DNA of 64,000 nucleotides from Armatimonadota bacterium (lineage in GTDB: Bacteria; Armatimonadota; UBA5829; DSUL01). Positions 27,411 through 36,683 of the stretch are shown here, piece after piece. The notes under the pieces were generated by a model that was not told the DNA's origin, did not search any database, and was given only the letters and a program-made list of their open reading frames with translations. Positions within the stretch are counted from its first letter, which is position 1; every line of letters starts with the position of its first letter. Position numbers and translations under genes: made by a program. The stretch spans positions 96,001 to 160,000 of the forward strand of contig JBDHZC010000005.1 of assembly GCA_039811685.1 (NCBI GenBank), read 5' to 3'.

Positions 27411-28673
27411 TCAGGCCAGATCAAACCATTCCTTCTGGTAGGATATCTCGCTGCCGTTTACCAGAGCCTCATTAGCTTTAACAGCCGTCACCGTAGCAAT
27501 GTATCCCGCTATTGCGTCCGCAAGCGGCTTCGACCCATCCCGCACACTGTTGCAGAACGCTTCCATGGCGAAATAGAGCGGGTCTTTGCCGGGTTCAACA
27601 CCACCCTGCGTTGCCGGATCTCCACCAGCCGCCAGAATTTTGGTGGCATCGGCTACCAGCGCAATGCCCGTCTCGTCCATGATCTTGTCCTTACGCGCAT
27701 AGACTTCCCAGCCCAGCATCGCAGAGTCCGCTTCCTTGAACATCCAGGCGCGCTGCCCGTGAATCGCCACCGCAGACTCCGAACCGCAAACCTCCTCATA
27801 CGCCGCGTCGAACGAGTTGACGAGCGTCACGTCGTACAGATAGTTGAAGCCCGCAGGATACTCAAAGACCGCCTGCGCCGTGTCAGCGACATCCCGGCCG
27901 TCATTCCACTTTCGGATCCCTCCAAAGGCGCGAATGGTTTTTGGAGGTGTATCGAAGTACCAGTTCATAACATCGGCCTGGTGGATGCCGATTTCCCCGA
28001 GAAGTCCGCTGCTGGTCGCCTTCTGCAGACGCCAGTTCAGTTGCGCTTCACGCTCGTTCGTCGGCGCCATCCGGCGCCAGCTCTGCTTCTTGTGCCACTG
28101 CGCCCGCGACAGAGCTATCGTTCCAGGCACGCCAGTGCGCATAAACTGAAGCACGTGTTTGTGAATAGGGTTGGATCGCAGAGTGAGTCCGGTCTGGAAT
28201 ATCTTGCTCGAACCCTTACCGGCCTGGGCAATAGCCTTTGCTTCGGCCAGGTCACTGGAGAGTGGCGCTTCGCAGTAAACGTGCTTCCCAGCCGCAACAG
28301 CAGCCAGAGTAATCTCTTTGTGCTGAAGCGTAGGAGTTGCGACGAGCACTGCTTCGAGTCCCGGTTGCTCGAGCAGCTTTCGGTAGTCTGTAAACGCACT
28401 CGCTTTCGGTGCTATTTCAAGCGCTTTCTTGTGAGCGGGCTCGTAGGTGTCGCAGACGGCGACAACAGACGCGTTTGGAACCTTGGAAAGCGCCGTTAGC
28501 AGATTGCGCCCCTGCTCTCCGAGGCCGATGACCCCCAACGCAACTGCGGGGCCTGTGGCAGGTGTGCCCTCTGCCTCCGCCGCGAACAGCTCCTGACCCA
28601 TCAGCCACAATCCGGCGGTAGCCGCACCGGCGCCGATCAGAAAATCGCGGCGAGAAATTGAATCTTTACTCAA
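27411..28673 (-). CDS. Tat-exported Gfo/Idh/MocA oxidoreductase with EAP in place of EKP
   Basis: TTG after AGGAGG; SRRDFL; IGLGEQG; YCEAP. Confidence 0.88.
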   Translation of the reverse strand: MSKDSISRRDFLIGAGAATAGLWLMGQELFAAEAEGTPATGPAVALGVIGLGEQGRNLLTALSKVPNASVVAVCDTYEPAHKKALEIAPKASAFTDYRKLLEQPGLEAVLVATPTLQHKEITLAAVAAGKHVYCEAPLSSDLAEAKAIAQAGKGSSKIFQTGLTLRSNPIHKHVLQFMRTGVPGTIALSRAQWHKKQSWRRMAPTNEREAQLNWRLQKATSSGLLGEIGIHQADVMNWYFDTPPKTIRAFGGIRKWNDGRDVADTAQAVFEYPAGFNYLYDVTLVNSFDAAYEEVCGSESAVAIHGQRAWMFKEADSAMLGWEVYARKDKIMDETGIALVADATKILAAGGDPATQGGVEPGKDPLYFAMEAFCNSVRDGSKPLADAIAGYIATVTAVKANEALVNGSEISYQKEWFDLA

Positions 28674-29143
28674 ATGATGACCTCCTGTGGCCCGCTCTGT
28701 TCCCAAGTATAGGCGTGGGGAAATCCGCGTTTCCCACTGCAAGGCCCGCGAGTTGTTCTGTCAGACGAGTGTTGTCCCCAGACGCCCCATGCCTATTCGC
28801 CAGCCAACATCGGGAATCCCTGCCGCAGAGTATCAGTGTTGCCACAGATGCGACAGAAAGAGTCCGAGACACTCTTCGAGTCAACAAACGCGACCTGGAA
28901 TCTCAGACCACTACTGCGCAGACCAGACGCAATTCCATTACAGTATACTTCAAGACTATCACTTTTTGATCCCTGCTTGTTCGCGAGAAAATTCACTTTT
29001 GGGAAGAACGGACGTGTTTGAAGTCGCATCTCAAAGTGAGTCTGTTTTGGTTGGTATGTGGAAATGCGGCGCAATATGGAAAGATTACTCGTACAATTGC
29101 GGATTTTTAGCAACGGCGCCTGACGCCAGTCAGTTGACACCCG

Positions 29144-30892
29144 ATGTCACACAACCTGCGACCAAACAGCAGCAACGACCAGACAGCCGCCGGACGACCG
29201 CCGTCCGCAGCGCCTCTTCGGTTCATAGAGAGCTACTATCCAGCCGTTAGACTCGCCGTCAGAGTCTCGGACGCGGCCGTCTTTGCCGCCGAGCCCATTG
29301 CGCGGGCTATCTTTCAGACTGCGGCCGCTCACGCTGAGTTGCGCAATGTGTGCGCTCAAATGCACGCGGCGATTTTGGAAGCCACCGGCGCCCAGTTTCC
29401 AGGCATAGAACCAGACCAGCCTGTTGCCCCAGACGCTATCTCTTCCAACGTGCGCGCCATGGTGCAAAACGGCATCACGCGCATAGCCTCAGACCTGTTG
29501 GCGCACCGAAGCTGCCTGAGACTCGCAAACCACAGCGCGCCTTCGGACACACCCGCAGAGGCGCTGGCACTGCGCCAGATGGCGGATCATTCTCTCCTGC
29601 GGGGGATGCGCGCAGAAGCGCAGCAGCGCAGCGAGTTTTTCCTGGAAGGGATTGACACTCTGAGGCGTTATCTGGACTACTCCTGCGCTCAAGTGGACGC
29701 CTCAGCGTGGTTTGACATGGGTTGGATGCTGTGGCGCACCGGAGGAGGTCCGGCGGAAGCTGAGAGCGCAATTCGTTTGGCCGCAGAGTTGACAACAGAC
29801 GATCCGGCCGGACTGTATCTGCTTTGTCTCAAACATCTGATACATTTCTACTGCGAACGCGGATCCATGGATGATGCGCAGGCCGCGGCAAACATCGCCG
29901 TTCAGATATCTCCGACCTACGACGTGCTCTATGAGGCTTCGAGGTGCGCGGCTCTGGCGGGCGATGAGCACAAAGCCATCGATCTGCTGGAGCGCTGCAT
30001 CGAGCTGGTCCCGCTTACCTACGTTTGCGTGCTTTCTGACAAGGATTTCTCAGAGGTCGGCGCAGCGATACGCGCACTCACACAACAGCTTTCGCAGACG
30101 GCCCAGGAGACAGCTCGCGAGAAGCTGGCCGGTTGGAAGGATGCCCTCGAGCGATGCGCCGCAGTCGAAGCGAACTGTCAGTTTGATATCAAGCTGCCTG
30201 CGCAGCTTAAGCAGAACCCGGACATTCTCTTGACGGACATTGAAGATACGGACTTCTTCAGTTGTCTGGAGATTGCCAGACACGCCGCAACCAGCCGATC
30301 CAAAGTTTTTGTTTTCGCCTGTCAGGCGCTCGAAGAGGAGACGACAGCGCGCTCAGAGGCCCTGCGCACGGTCGTTCAGCGCATTACAGAGACGCGCAAG
30401 CGAGCCGAGGAAGCCAAGGCGGCCGCACGCGCGCAGATGAATGCTGCCATTCAGGAAGCTGCCAAAGAGCGCGATTCGCGCCCCCGCCTGACTGTCTCGT
30501 GGAGCTTCGGTCTCGCGCTGGCGGCTACATTTATCGGCGGCGCGGTGACAGGCAGTGTGGAAAGTGGGCTGGCGCTGTTTCTACCGGCGCTGGTGGCCTC
30601 AGTCTCGTTCACCTACCTGCTCAACTCCAGCTCCGCCAGCCTCGCCTACACAAGCCGGGCAAACGCCTGCCGGCGTGAAAACTCGATAGCTATCGGGCAG
30701 ATTGAAAACGAGCTTCAGAAGTCTTTGCGATCGCTGGAGCAAAGCGCAGCTCACCTGCGCGATCTGAAAGTGCAGGCGGCTCAGGAGATTGCCGCCCTAA
30801 GATCGGCTGAAGCTGCGGCTCAAGAAACTCAGGAGCAGGCGCCCATGACAGCGACAACCCCTGAGTCTCAGAACGAACGAAAAGCGGCCTGA
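29144..30892 (+). CDS. Hypothetical protein: TPR-like repeats, coiled coil, two TM helices, coiled coil
   Basis: AWFDMGWMLW, YDVLYEASRCAALAG helical repeats; hydrophobic hairpin near C-terminus. Confidence 0.65.
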   Translation: MSHNLRPNSSNDQTAAGRPPSAAPLRFIESYYPAVRLAVRVSDAAVFAAEPIARAIFQTAAAHAELRNVCAQMHAAILEATGAQFPGIEPDQPVAPDAISSNVRAMVQNGITRIASDLLAHRSCLRLANHSAPSDTPAEALALRQMADHSLLRGMRAEAQQRSEFFLEGIDTLRRYLDYSCAQVDASAWFDMGWMLWRTGGGPAEAESAIRLAAELTTDDPAGLYLLCLKHLIHFYCERGSMDDAQAAANIAVQISPTYDVLYEASRCAALAGDEHKAIDLLERCIELVPLTYVCVLSDKDFSEVGAAIRALTQQLSQTAQETAREKLAGWKDALERCAAVEANCQFDIKLPAQLKQNPDILLTDIEDTDFFSCLEIARHAATSRSKVFVFACQALEEETTARSEALRTVVQRITETRKRAEEAKAAARAQMNAAIQEAAKERDSRPRLTVSWSFGLALAATFIGGAVTGSVESGLALFLPALVASVSFTYLLNSSSASLAYTSRANACRRENSIAIGQIENELQKSLRSLEQSAAHLRDLKVQAAQEIAALRSAEAAAQETQEQAPMTATTPESQNERKAA

Positions 30893-30910
30893 TCCGGCAG
30901 GCCGGGCTCT

Positions 30911-32071
30911 TTAGTAGTCAACCTCCACCCATTGTCCGGATTTCGACGAGCGCAGCACCGCCTCGACGATCGCGATCTCATTGTGTCCGTCCACAAAAGT
31001 CGGAAACGGTGGCTGTGCGCTCTGCGGGTTCTGATTCTCCGCAACAAAGGTGTAGAACGCGCGCATAAAGTTCTTCAGCCCGTCTGGATACCCTTCAGGG
31101 TGTCCGCCCGGATAGCTGACGTTTGCGCGCGCCTGCGGGCTCAAGAGAGACGGGTCGCGCATCAACACGCGGTTGGGCTCGGCGCGGCTTCCAATCCACA
31201 GGCGCTCTGGATCCTCCTGGTCGAAGGCGATCGCCTGGTTTTCACAGTCAATCTCGTAGTAGAGCCGGTTCTTTCGTCCCGCAGCCACCTGACACACCGT
31301 GAACGTTCCCCGCGTTCCCTGATCCATCTCAAAAAGCACAGTCCCATAGTCCTCGGTGGTCACAGGCACAGGCTCGTAGTCCTCAGGCGTCATCTCCTTG
31401 CCGGAGTAGGTCTCAATCGCCTTTTTCGGCTTCATGCGGGTTTTGTGAATAACGGCCAGATCCGCATACACGCGCGTGATTTTCTGGCCGGTGATGAACA
31501 TGATCAAATCGCACCAGTGGCTGCCCACGTCGGCAACGGCGCGCGACTCTCCGCCAGCCTCCGGTTCAATGCGCCAGTTGTAGTCCGTTTTCAACAGCAG
31601 CCAGTCCTGCAGATAGGAACCGGTTATGACCAGAGGCTTGCCAGCTTCTCCGGACTGCACCCGCTGCCTCGCTTCCTGATTGAGCGGGTAGAACCTGTAG
31701 TTGAAGTCCACTGCGTTGATTTTTCCGGTGTCCCGCGCAAGCTGAACCAGCTCCTTGGACTCCCGGCTGTTCATGGCCAGGGGTTTTTCGCTGAAGACAT
31801 GTTTGCCTGCCTTCAAAGCCTCTACCGCCAGCGGGTAGTGCAGTGTGTTGGGCGTGCAGAGATGGACAACTTCGATGGAAGGATCTGCCAGTATATCCCG
31901 GTAGTCGCCGTACGCCTTGTCAATAAAAAGTTGTCTGGATTTTGCTTCTGCCGTCGCCTGGTCAGCCTCGGCCAGAGCCGCTACGTCAACGAATCCCAGC
32001 CGCCGTGCAGCCTCTACGTGGGCGGGCCCGATGAAGCCCGTACCGATGATTCCCGCTTTTACCTTGCGCAT
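30911..32071 (-). CDS. Cytoplasmic Gfo/Idh/MocA oxidoreductase
   Basis: IGTGFIG, TPNTLH, SEKPL, DVGSHWCD, PGGHPEGY. Confidence 0.92.
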   Translation of the reverse strand: MRKVKAGIIGTGFIGPAHVEAARRLGFVDVAALAEADQATAEAKSRQLFIDKAYGDYRDILADPSIEVVHLCTPNTLHYPLAVEALKAGKHVFSEKPLAMNSRESKELVQLARDTGKINAVDFNYRFYPLNQEARQRVQSGEAGKPLVITGSYLQDWLLLKTDYNWRIEPEAGGESRAVADVGSHWCDLIMFITGQKITRVYADLAVIHKTRMKPKKAIETYSGKEMTPEDYEPVPVTTEDYGTVLFEMDQGTRGTFTVCQVAAGRKNRLYYEIDCENQAIAFDQEDPERLWIGSRAEPNRVLMRDPSLLSPQARANVSYPGGHPEGYPDGLKNFMRAFYTFVAENQNPQSAQPPFPTFVDGHNEIAIVEAVLRSSKSGQWVEVDY

Positions 32072-32151
32072 TGTTCTACTCCCGAACAGATGATGTGGTC
32101 GGGAAGAGCTTCTCTACCGGACCTCTGTTGCCCTGCCGAAGCTGACGGCAT

Positions 32152-32167
32152 TGGCACGATAATTGCA
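32152..32167 (+). promoter_or_regulatory. Sigma-54 (RpoN) -24/-12 promoter
   Basis: TGGCAC-GATAA-TTGCA, 27 nt before the ATG at 32195. Confidence 0.85.
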
Positions 32168-32194
32168 CACGTGGCATGCAACAGGAGTGTGCAG

Positions 32195-32803
32195 ATGAGG
32201 TTTTTTTGGGCGTTGGCGCTGTGTGCTGCGGCGATGTGTTCGCAGAGCGCCCGAATAGATGCGGCTGCGATCATTCTGAATTTCGACGACCTGAGCGTTG
32301 GAGAGCCCGTGCCTGACGGCTACATGGGAATCACGTTCGATCTCGGGCAGATGGGCTTTGAGGGTCGCACAGGCCGAGCGATAGTGGCGGATGAGTCCAC
32401 TGGCGCCAGGCCCGGCACACCGCCAAACTGCATAATCAACGAGTGGGGAGTCAGACAGCTCGACTTCACCGCCTCATCCGGACGGTTCAACTTCTATGGA
32501 GCAGTTGTGGCGAGCTATGGCAAAGTAGCCAGCCTGCAGGCGCCAATGATAGGCTTTGTCGGGTTCAGAGACGGCAAAACTGAGTACCTGAGTCCCGGCT
32601 TCATCATCACGGACAAGCCCGGAATCGCCAGCGTCAGCTTTTTGGATGTGGATATGGTGGAGATTGTCGCCGCCAATGGAGCCACCGGCGACTGCGGGTG
32701 GTACAGTCTGGACCACCTGATGTACGAACCCGTTCCGGAACCCTCGTCTCTGATGGTTCTGGGTGCGCCGCTGATGATCTTGCTTGTGCGCAAGCGAACC
32801 TGA
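32195..32803 (+). CDS. PEP-CTERM sorting-domain protein (202 aa)
   Basis: AGGAG RBS; signal peptide; LNFDDL; ends VPEPSSLMVLGAPLMILLVRKRT. Confidence 0.88.
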   Translation: MRFFWALALCAAAMCSQSARIDAAAIILNFDDLSVGEPVPDGYMGITFDLGQMGFEGRTGRAIVADESTGARPGTPPNCIINEWGVRQLDFTASSGRFNFYGAVVASYGKVASLQAPMIGFVGFRDGKTEYLSPGFIITDKPGIASVSFLDVDMVEIVAANGATGDCGWYSLDHLMYEPVPEPSSLMVLGAPLMILLVRKRT

Positions 32804-32835
32804 GCCAGGACAGCTCCCAGAGTGACTCCGGAGCG

Positions 32836-34020
32836 CTAGTGCCGCCGCGTGCGCTGCGACGCCCCTCGATCCTGCGGATAATCTTCGTGGTGTGATGCTT
32901 CGCCCTTCAGGTTTGCGAAGATCATCTTGCCTGCCACTGTCTGCCACACACTTGCCACCTGCACATCCACGCGCTCTCCAATGTGGCGGCGCGCGTTCTC
33001 GATGACAACCATTGTGCCGTCATCCAGATACGCCACGCCCTGGTGCGGCTCTTTCCCCTCCCGGATCACCGTGACGCTCATCTCCTCACCGGGCAGTACA
33101 ACAGGCTTCAGAGAGTTGGCCAGCTCGTTTACATTCAGCACTGTCACCCCCTGTAACTCCGCCACCTTGTTCAGGTTGAAGTCATTAGTGATGATAGCCG
33201 CGTCAAGCTGCTGCGCGACAGCCACGAGCTTGGCGTCCACCTGATCGGGCAACGGACTTCCATCGTGGTCGTACGTGCTGACTTTCATCCCCAGCTCCTT
33301 GCGCATCTGGTTGAGGATGTCCAGACCACGCCGCCCACGGGCGCGCTTCAGCGCGTCGCTGGAGTCAGCTATGTGCTGAAGCTCATCCAGCACGAAGCGA
33401 GGAATGAACACGGGGCCTTCGACAAAACCTGTGCGACAGATATCCAGAATTCGCCCGTCAATGATTACATTCGTGTCAACGAGTTTCGGTTGCTGGCGTG
33501 GGATCTCCGGCTCGGGAGCCGCGCTGCCGGGTCCGGCGAAAAAGAACCCGAGCTGCTCTTTGATGCTGGTAGTGGCGGTGATGCTCAGATAACACAGAAT
33601 CAACGCGATGATGATGGCCAGCCATGTAGGAATCCGAAAGCTCACTGTCAGCAACAGTGTGAGCAGAAGCCCGAACACCAGCCCCAGAAACAGCGCCATG
33701 ACCTCGCGCGCGGACATGTGCTGCAAAGCCCGCCGCATCTGCATAATCCAGCGGTACACGGCAGAGCTGACCAGAAACGCTGTGAGCGCGCCAGCCACCA
33801 TAAATCCAATATAGGCAAGGAACTTCGCGGTCTCGGACGGCGCGGAACCGGCCTGAAACGCCTTCAACCAGTCAGGTGGATCGACGAGGATAGAGATGTA
33901 AACCTGCGCGGCAATTGCGCCTGTCACCACTCCGGCGACAAGAAATATAAGCGTCAGGATAGCCCTGAGCGAGCGATTTTCTTCAAACTGCGGCTGTTGA
34001 TGCTTGACCGGAAGCTTCAT
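32836..34020 (-). CDS. Membrane PIN/TRAM domain protein (YacL-like)
   Basis: TM segments; DTNVIIDGRI, RGRRGLDIL, TNDFNLNKVA, YLDDGTMVV. Confidence 0.92.
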   Translation of the reverse strand: MKLPVKHQQPQFEENRSLRAILTLIFLVAGVVTGAIAAQVYISILVDPPDWLKAFQAGSAPSETAKFLAYIGFMVAGALTAFLVSSAVYRWIMQMRRALQHMSAREVMALFLGLVFGLLLTLLLTVSFRIPTWLAIIIALILCYLSITATTSIKEQLGFFFAGPGSAAPEPEIPRQQPKLVDTNVIIDGRILDICRTGFVEGPVFIPRFVLDELQHIADSSDALKRARGRRGLDILNQMRKELGMKVSTYDHDGSPLPDQVDAKLVAVAQQLDAAIITNDFNLNKVAELQGVTVLNVNELANSLKPVVLPGEEMSVTVIREGKEPHQGVAYLDDGTMVVIENARRHIGERVDVQVASVWQTVAGKMIFANLKGEASHHEDYPQDRGASQRTRRH

Positions 34021-34392
34021 GTTGCTTGCCTGACTGCCCCTACGACGTATGCCTGGCACGGGAGCGTTGCCTGCTGCGCAGTGCAATCAGGTCTTGCCAA
34101 GACGCGCGAGCAGCCATAGAAATTGTCGGTATTTCCCGACACGATTCACCCCCAAGAAAGCAAAGCCGACCCGTCCGATGTCTCCCGAAGCAACTTACGC
34201 CGCCCACCGTTTCGAAAAAGCGACGCGTCAGCAACGGTAAGAGCCAGTATCACTGTAAAGCCTGCCGCACGCTTTGTCAAACATTCAATGCCGGGCGAGA
34301 CGGCACACCAGCCCACACGCGCTCACGCCCTGCACGCACCACTCACAAAACAGGACGCGTCACTCCTGCTCTGTTCGATTCGCCCCGTTCCG

Positions 34393-34860
34393 CTACAAAC
34401 GCCCTTCCTCAGCATCCAGCAACTGGAACCATGTGCGGACATTGTAGCGCTTGGGCGCTATCTCACGGCGCGACTGCTCGAAATAGGCTTTGGCTTCTGC
34501 GCCTTCGGGCTCACGGCCGCGCTGATCGTAGCTCCAGGCCAGGACATCTTCTTCTGAGTTGCGCTTGTCGTGCTCCTTCACCCACTGTCCGATCTCCTCG
34601 TCCGTTGCGCCCGAAGCGATGAACGCCTTTATCTCTTCTGCGTCAATTCCCGTAAACTCAAAGAAACGCTGATCGAGCGGGCAGTTGAACAGGTACTCGC
34701 CGTTTCTACCCGCCAGCGTTGCGCGGCATTTGTCTATCAGTCGCGCCAGCAGCACATACCCAGCAATCTCTTTGTTAGGCGATCGTGGAAACTCTCTGGT
34801 CAGGTCGCGGACTTTCGGAAGATGCGAAACTCCCGGCGCGGGTGTGCTTGTCGTACTCAA
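34393..34860 (-). CDS. DUF5069 family protein
   Basis: PRSP, LARLIDKCRA, GEYLFNCPLD, TWFQLLDAEEGR; GGAGG RBS. Confidence 0.8.
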   Translation of the reverse strand: MSTTSTPAPGVSHLPKVRDLTREFPRSPNKEIAGYVLLARLIDKCRATLAGRNGEYLFNCPLDQRFFEFTGIDAEEIKAFIASGATDEEIGQWVKEHDKRNSEEDVLAWSYDQRGREPEGAEAKAYFEQSRREIAPKRYNVRTWFQLLDAEEGRL

Positions 34861-34939
34861 TTATCAGACCTCCGTTTGTGCGAAAAGAGCCGCAGCTCCG
34901 TAATAAAGAATACCCGACTCCAGCGGATTCGTCGGCGCT

Positions 34940-36070
34940 TCAGGAAGACGCATGCCCCTGTGGAAGCAGAGCCTGCACCTGAGCGATCTTTTCTACAAGG
35001 CTGGCGTGGTCAGGGGCAAGAACGGTAATGTGACCGATCTTGCGGCCGGGTCTGGGAGCTTTGCCATAGAGATGCACATGAGCGCCCGGGAGCCTCAGCA
35101 ATGCCTCCACATCCGGCAGGTGCCCCACGATGTTTACCATCGCCGAGGACATGTGTGCGTGCGTTGAACCGAGCGCCAGCCCGCATATAGCCCGCACATG
35201 GTTTTCAAACTGACTGCACACCGCGCCTTCAATAGTCCAGTGTCCGGAATTGTGAACGCGCGGCGCCATTTCATTGACCAGAAGCCGGTTGCCCTGCTGA
35301 AACAGCTCGATAGCCAGCACTCCAACATAATCTAGCGCTTCCAGTGTCATCAACGCCAGCTTCTCAGCCTGTCGCTGAAGCGCCTGAGAGATATCCGGAG
35401 CAGGCGCAATGGAAAGCCGCAGAATCCCGGCTCTGTGGTGATTTTCAATCAGTGGATACACAGCAGTCTCGCCAGACCGGCTGCGTACAGCCACCACGGA
35501 GAGCTCACGGTCGAACCTAACGTGCGCCTCAGCGATCATGGGACCTTCCAGCGGACGGGAACAGGCACGCTTTACGTCTTCGCTGGATCGCAGAACGCTC
35601 TGACCTTTGCCGTCGTATCCGAAGCGCCGGGTCTTTAGAACAAAGGGCAGGCCCAGGTCTTTCTCCGCCTCCACCAGTTCCTCAGCAGACGTCACTCCAG
35701 CGAACAGTGGAACATCTGCGCCCAGGCTGCGGAAGAAGGTTTTCTCGCGCAGGCGGTCCTGAGATACACGCAGCGCCTCCGGCGACGGAAAGACAGGCAG
35801 ACGCTCCTGCAGAAACGCCGCCGAGGAATCCGGCACATTCTCGAACTCAAAAGTGGCGACATCCAGTCCCTCAGCAAAGCGCTCCAGGGCGCCTGTGCCG
35901 TCGTAGGCGCCGACAACCAGATTCCCCGTCTGCCCTGCGCCCGCTCCGGCATTTGGGTCCAGGAAGCGGAACTCCATCCCCAGCGGAATGCCACCAAGCG
36001 CCAGCATACGCCCAAGCTGCCCTCCGCCAAGCACACCTACTTTCATCTGTGAGAATTCAGGACCAGACAC
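34940..36070 (-). CDS. purK: N5-carboxyaminoimidazole ribonucleotide synthase
   Basis: GGGQLGRM, TFEFENVP, GYDGKGQ, NEMAPRVHNSGHWT. Confidence 0.96.
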   Translation of the reverse strand: MSGPEFSQMKVGVLGGGQLGRMLALGGIPLGMEFRFLDPNAGAGAGQTGNLVVGAYDGTGALERFAEGLDVATFEFENVPDSSAAFLQERLPVFPSPEALRVSQDRLREKTFFRSLGADVPLFAGVTSAEELVEAEKDLGLPFVLKTRRFGYDGKGQSVLRSSEDVKRACSRPLEGPMIAEAHVRFDRELSVVAVRSRSGETAVYPLIENHHRAGILRLSIAPAPDISQALQRQAEKLALMTLEALDYVGVLAIELFQQGNRLLVNEMAPRVHNSGHWTIEGAVCSQFENHVRAICGLALGSTHAHMSSAMVNIVGHLPDVEALLRLPGAHVHLYGKAPRPGRKIGHITVLAPDHASLVEKIAQVQALLPQGHASS

Positions 36071-36106
36071 AGAAGTTCTCCTACAGTTGAAGTTCGCTGC
36101 CGGAAA

Positions 36107-36616
36107 TCACTGCTTTCGGGGATCGGGGGCGTCCAGCACAGACTGAGTTTGACGAGTTCGAAAGGCTTCGACGGCAGAGCGGATTTCCGGGCGGTCTAAC
36201 CCGACAATAGAGGCGGCCAGAAGCGCCGCGTTGATAGCTCCCGATCGTCCAATCGCCAGTGTGCCCACAGGTACTCCAGCCGGCATCTGCACGATGGAGA
36301 GAAGCGAATCCATGCCGTTCAGCGCTTTGCTCTGTACTGGAACCCCCAGCACTGGCAACACAGTTTTGGAAGCTGTCATACCGGGAAGGTGAGCCGCCCC
36401 TCCCGCGCCGGCGATAATGACGCGAAGCCCGCGTCCCTGTGCGGAGCTGGCGTACTCAAACAGAAGGTCGGGTGTGCGGTGAGCAGAGACCACGCGCACT
36501 TCGTGCGGCACCCCAAGCTCTTCCAAAGTGCGCGCGGCGTGCTCCATCGTCTCCCAGTCAGACTTCGATCCCATAATGATTCCGACAAGCGGCTGATTTT
36601 TGTCCATGGCACTCAC
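36107..36616 (-). CDS. purE: N5-CAIR mutase
   Basis: [35 protein letters not shown]; start uncertain (36607-36628). Confidence 0.96.
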   Translation of the reverse strand: MSAMDKNQPLVGIIMGSKSDWETMEHAARTLEELGVPHEVRVVSAHRTPDLLFEYASSAQGRGLRVIIAGAGGAAHLPGMTASKTVLPVLGVPVQSKALNGMDSLLSIVQMPAGVPVGTLAIGRSGAINAALLAASIVGLDRPEIRSAVEAFRTRQTQSVLDAPDPRKQ

Positions 36617-36683
36617 CAGAGTCAGCATAACTCAAACGCCAGCCGCCACGCCACAGCCGCCTGCCGGAACCCGGATTCAGAGA

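Noticed and set aside
28687..29250. Short ORFs in the intergenic region before the TPR-like gene
   Set aside because: Mutually overlapping, no RBS or motifs; more likely divergent promoter DNA.
30932..32194. N-terminal 421 aa of the 623-aa plus-strand ORF
   Set aside because: Antisense shadow of the Gfo/Idh/MocA gene; the real gene starts at 32195 with its own promoter, RBS and signal peptide.
34054..34099. Sigma-54-like words upstream of the PIN/TRAM gene (TGGCACGGGAGCGTTGC on plus; TGGCAAGACCTGATTGC on minus)
   Set aside because: GG-to-GC spacing is two bases too long in both; sigma-54 spacing is strict.
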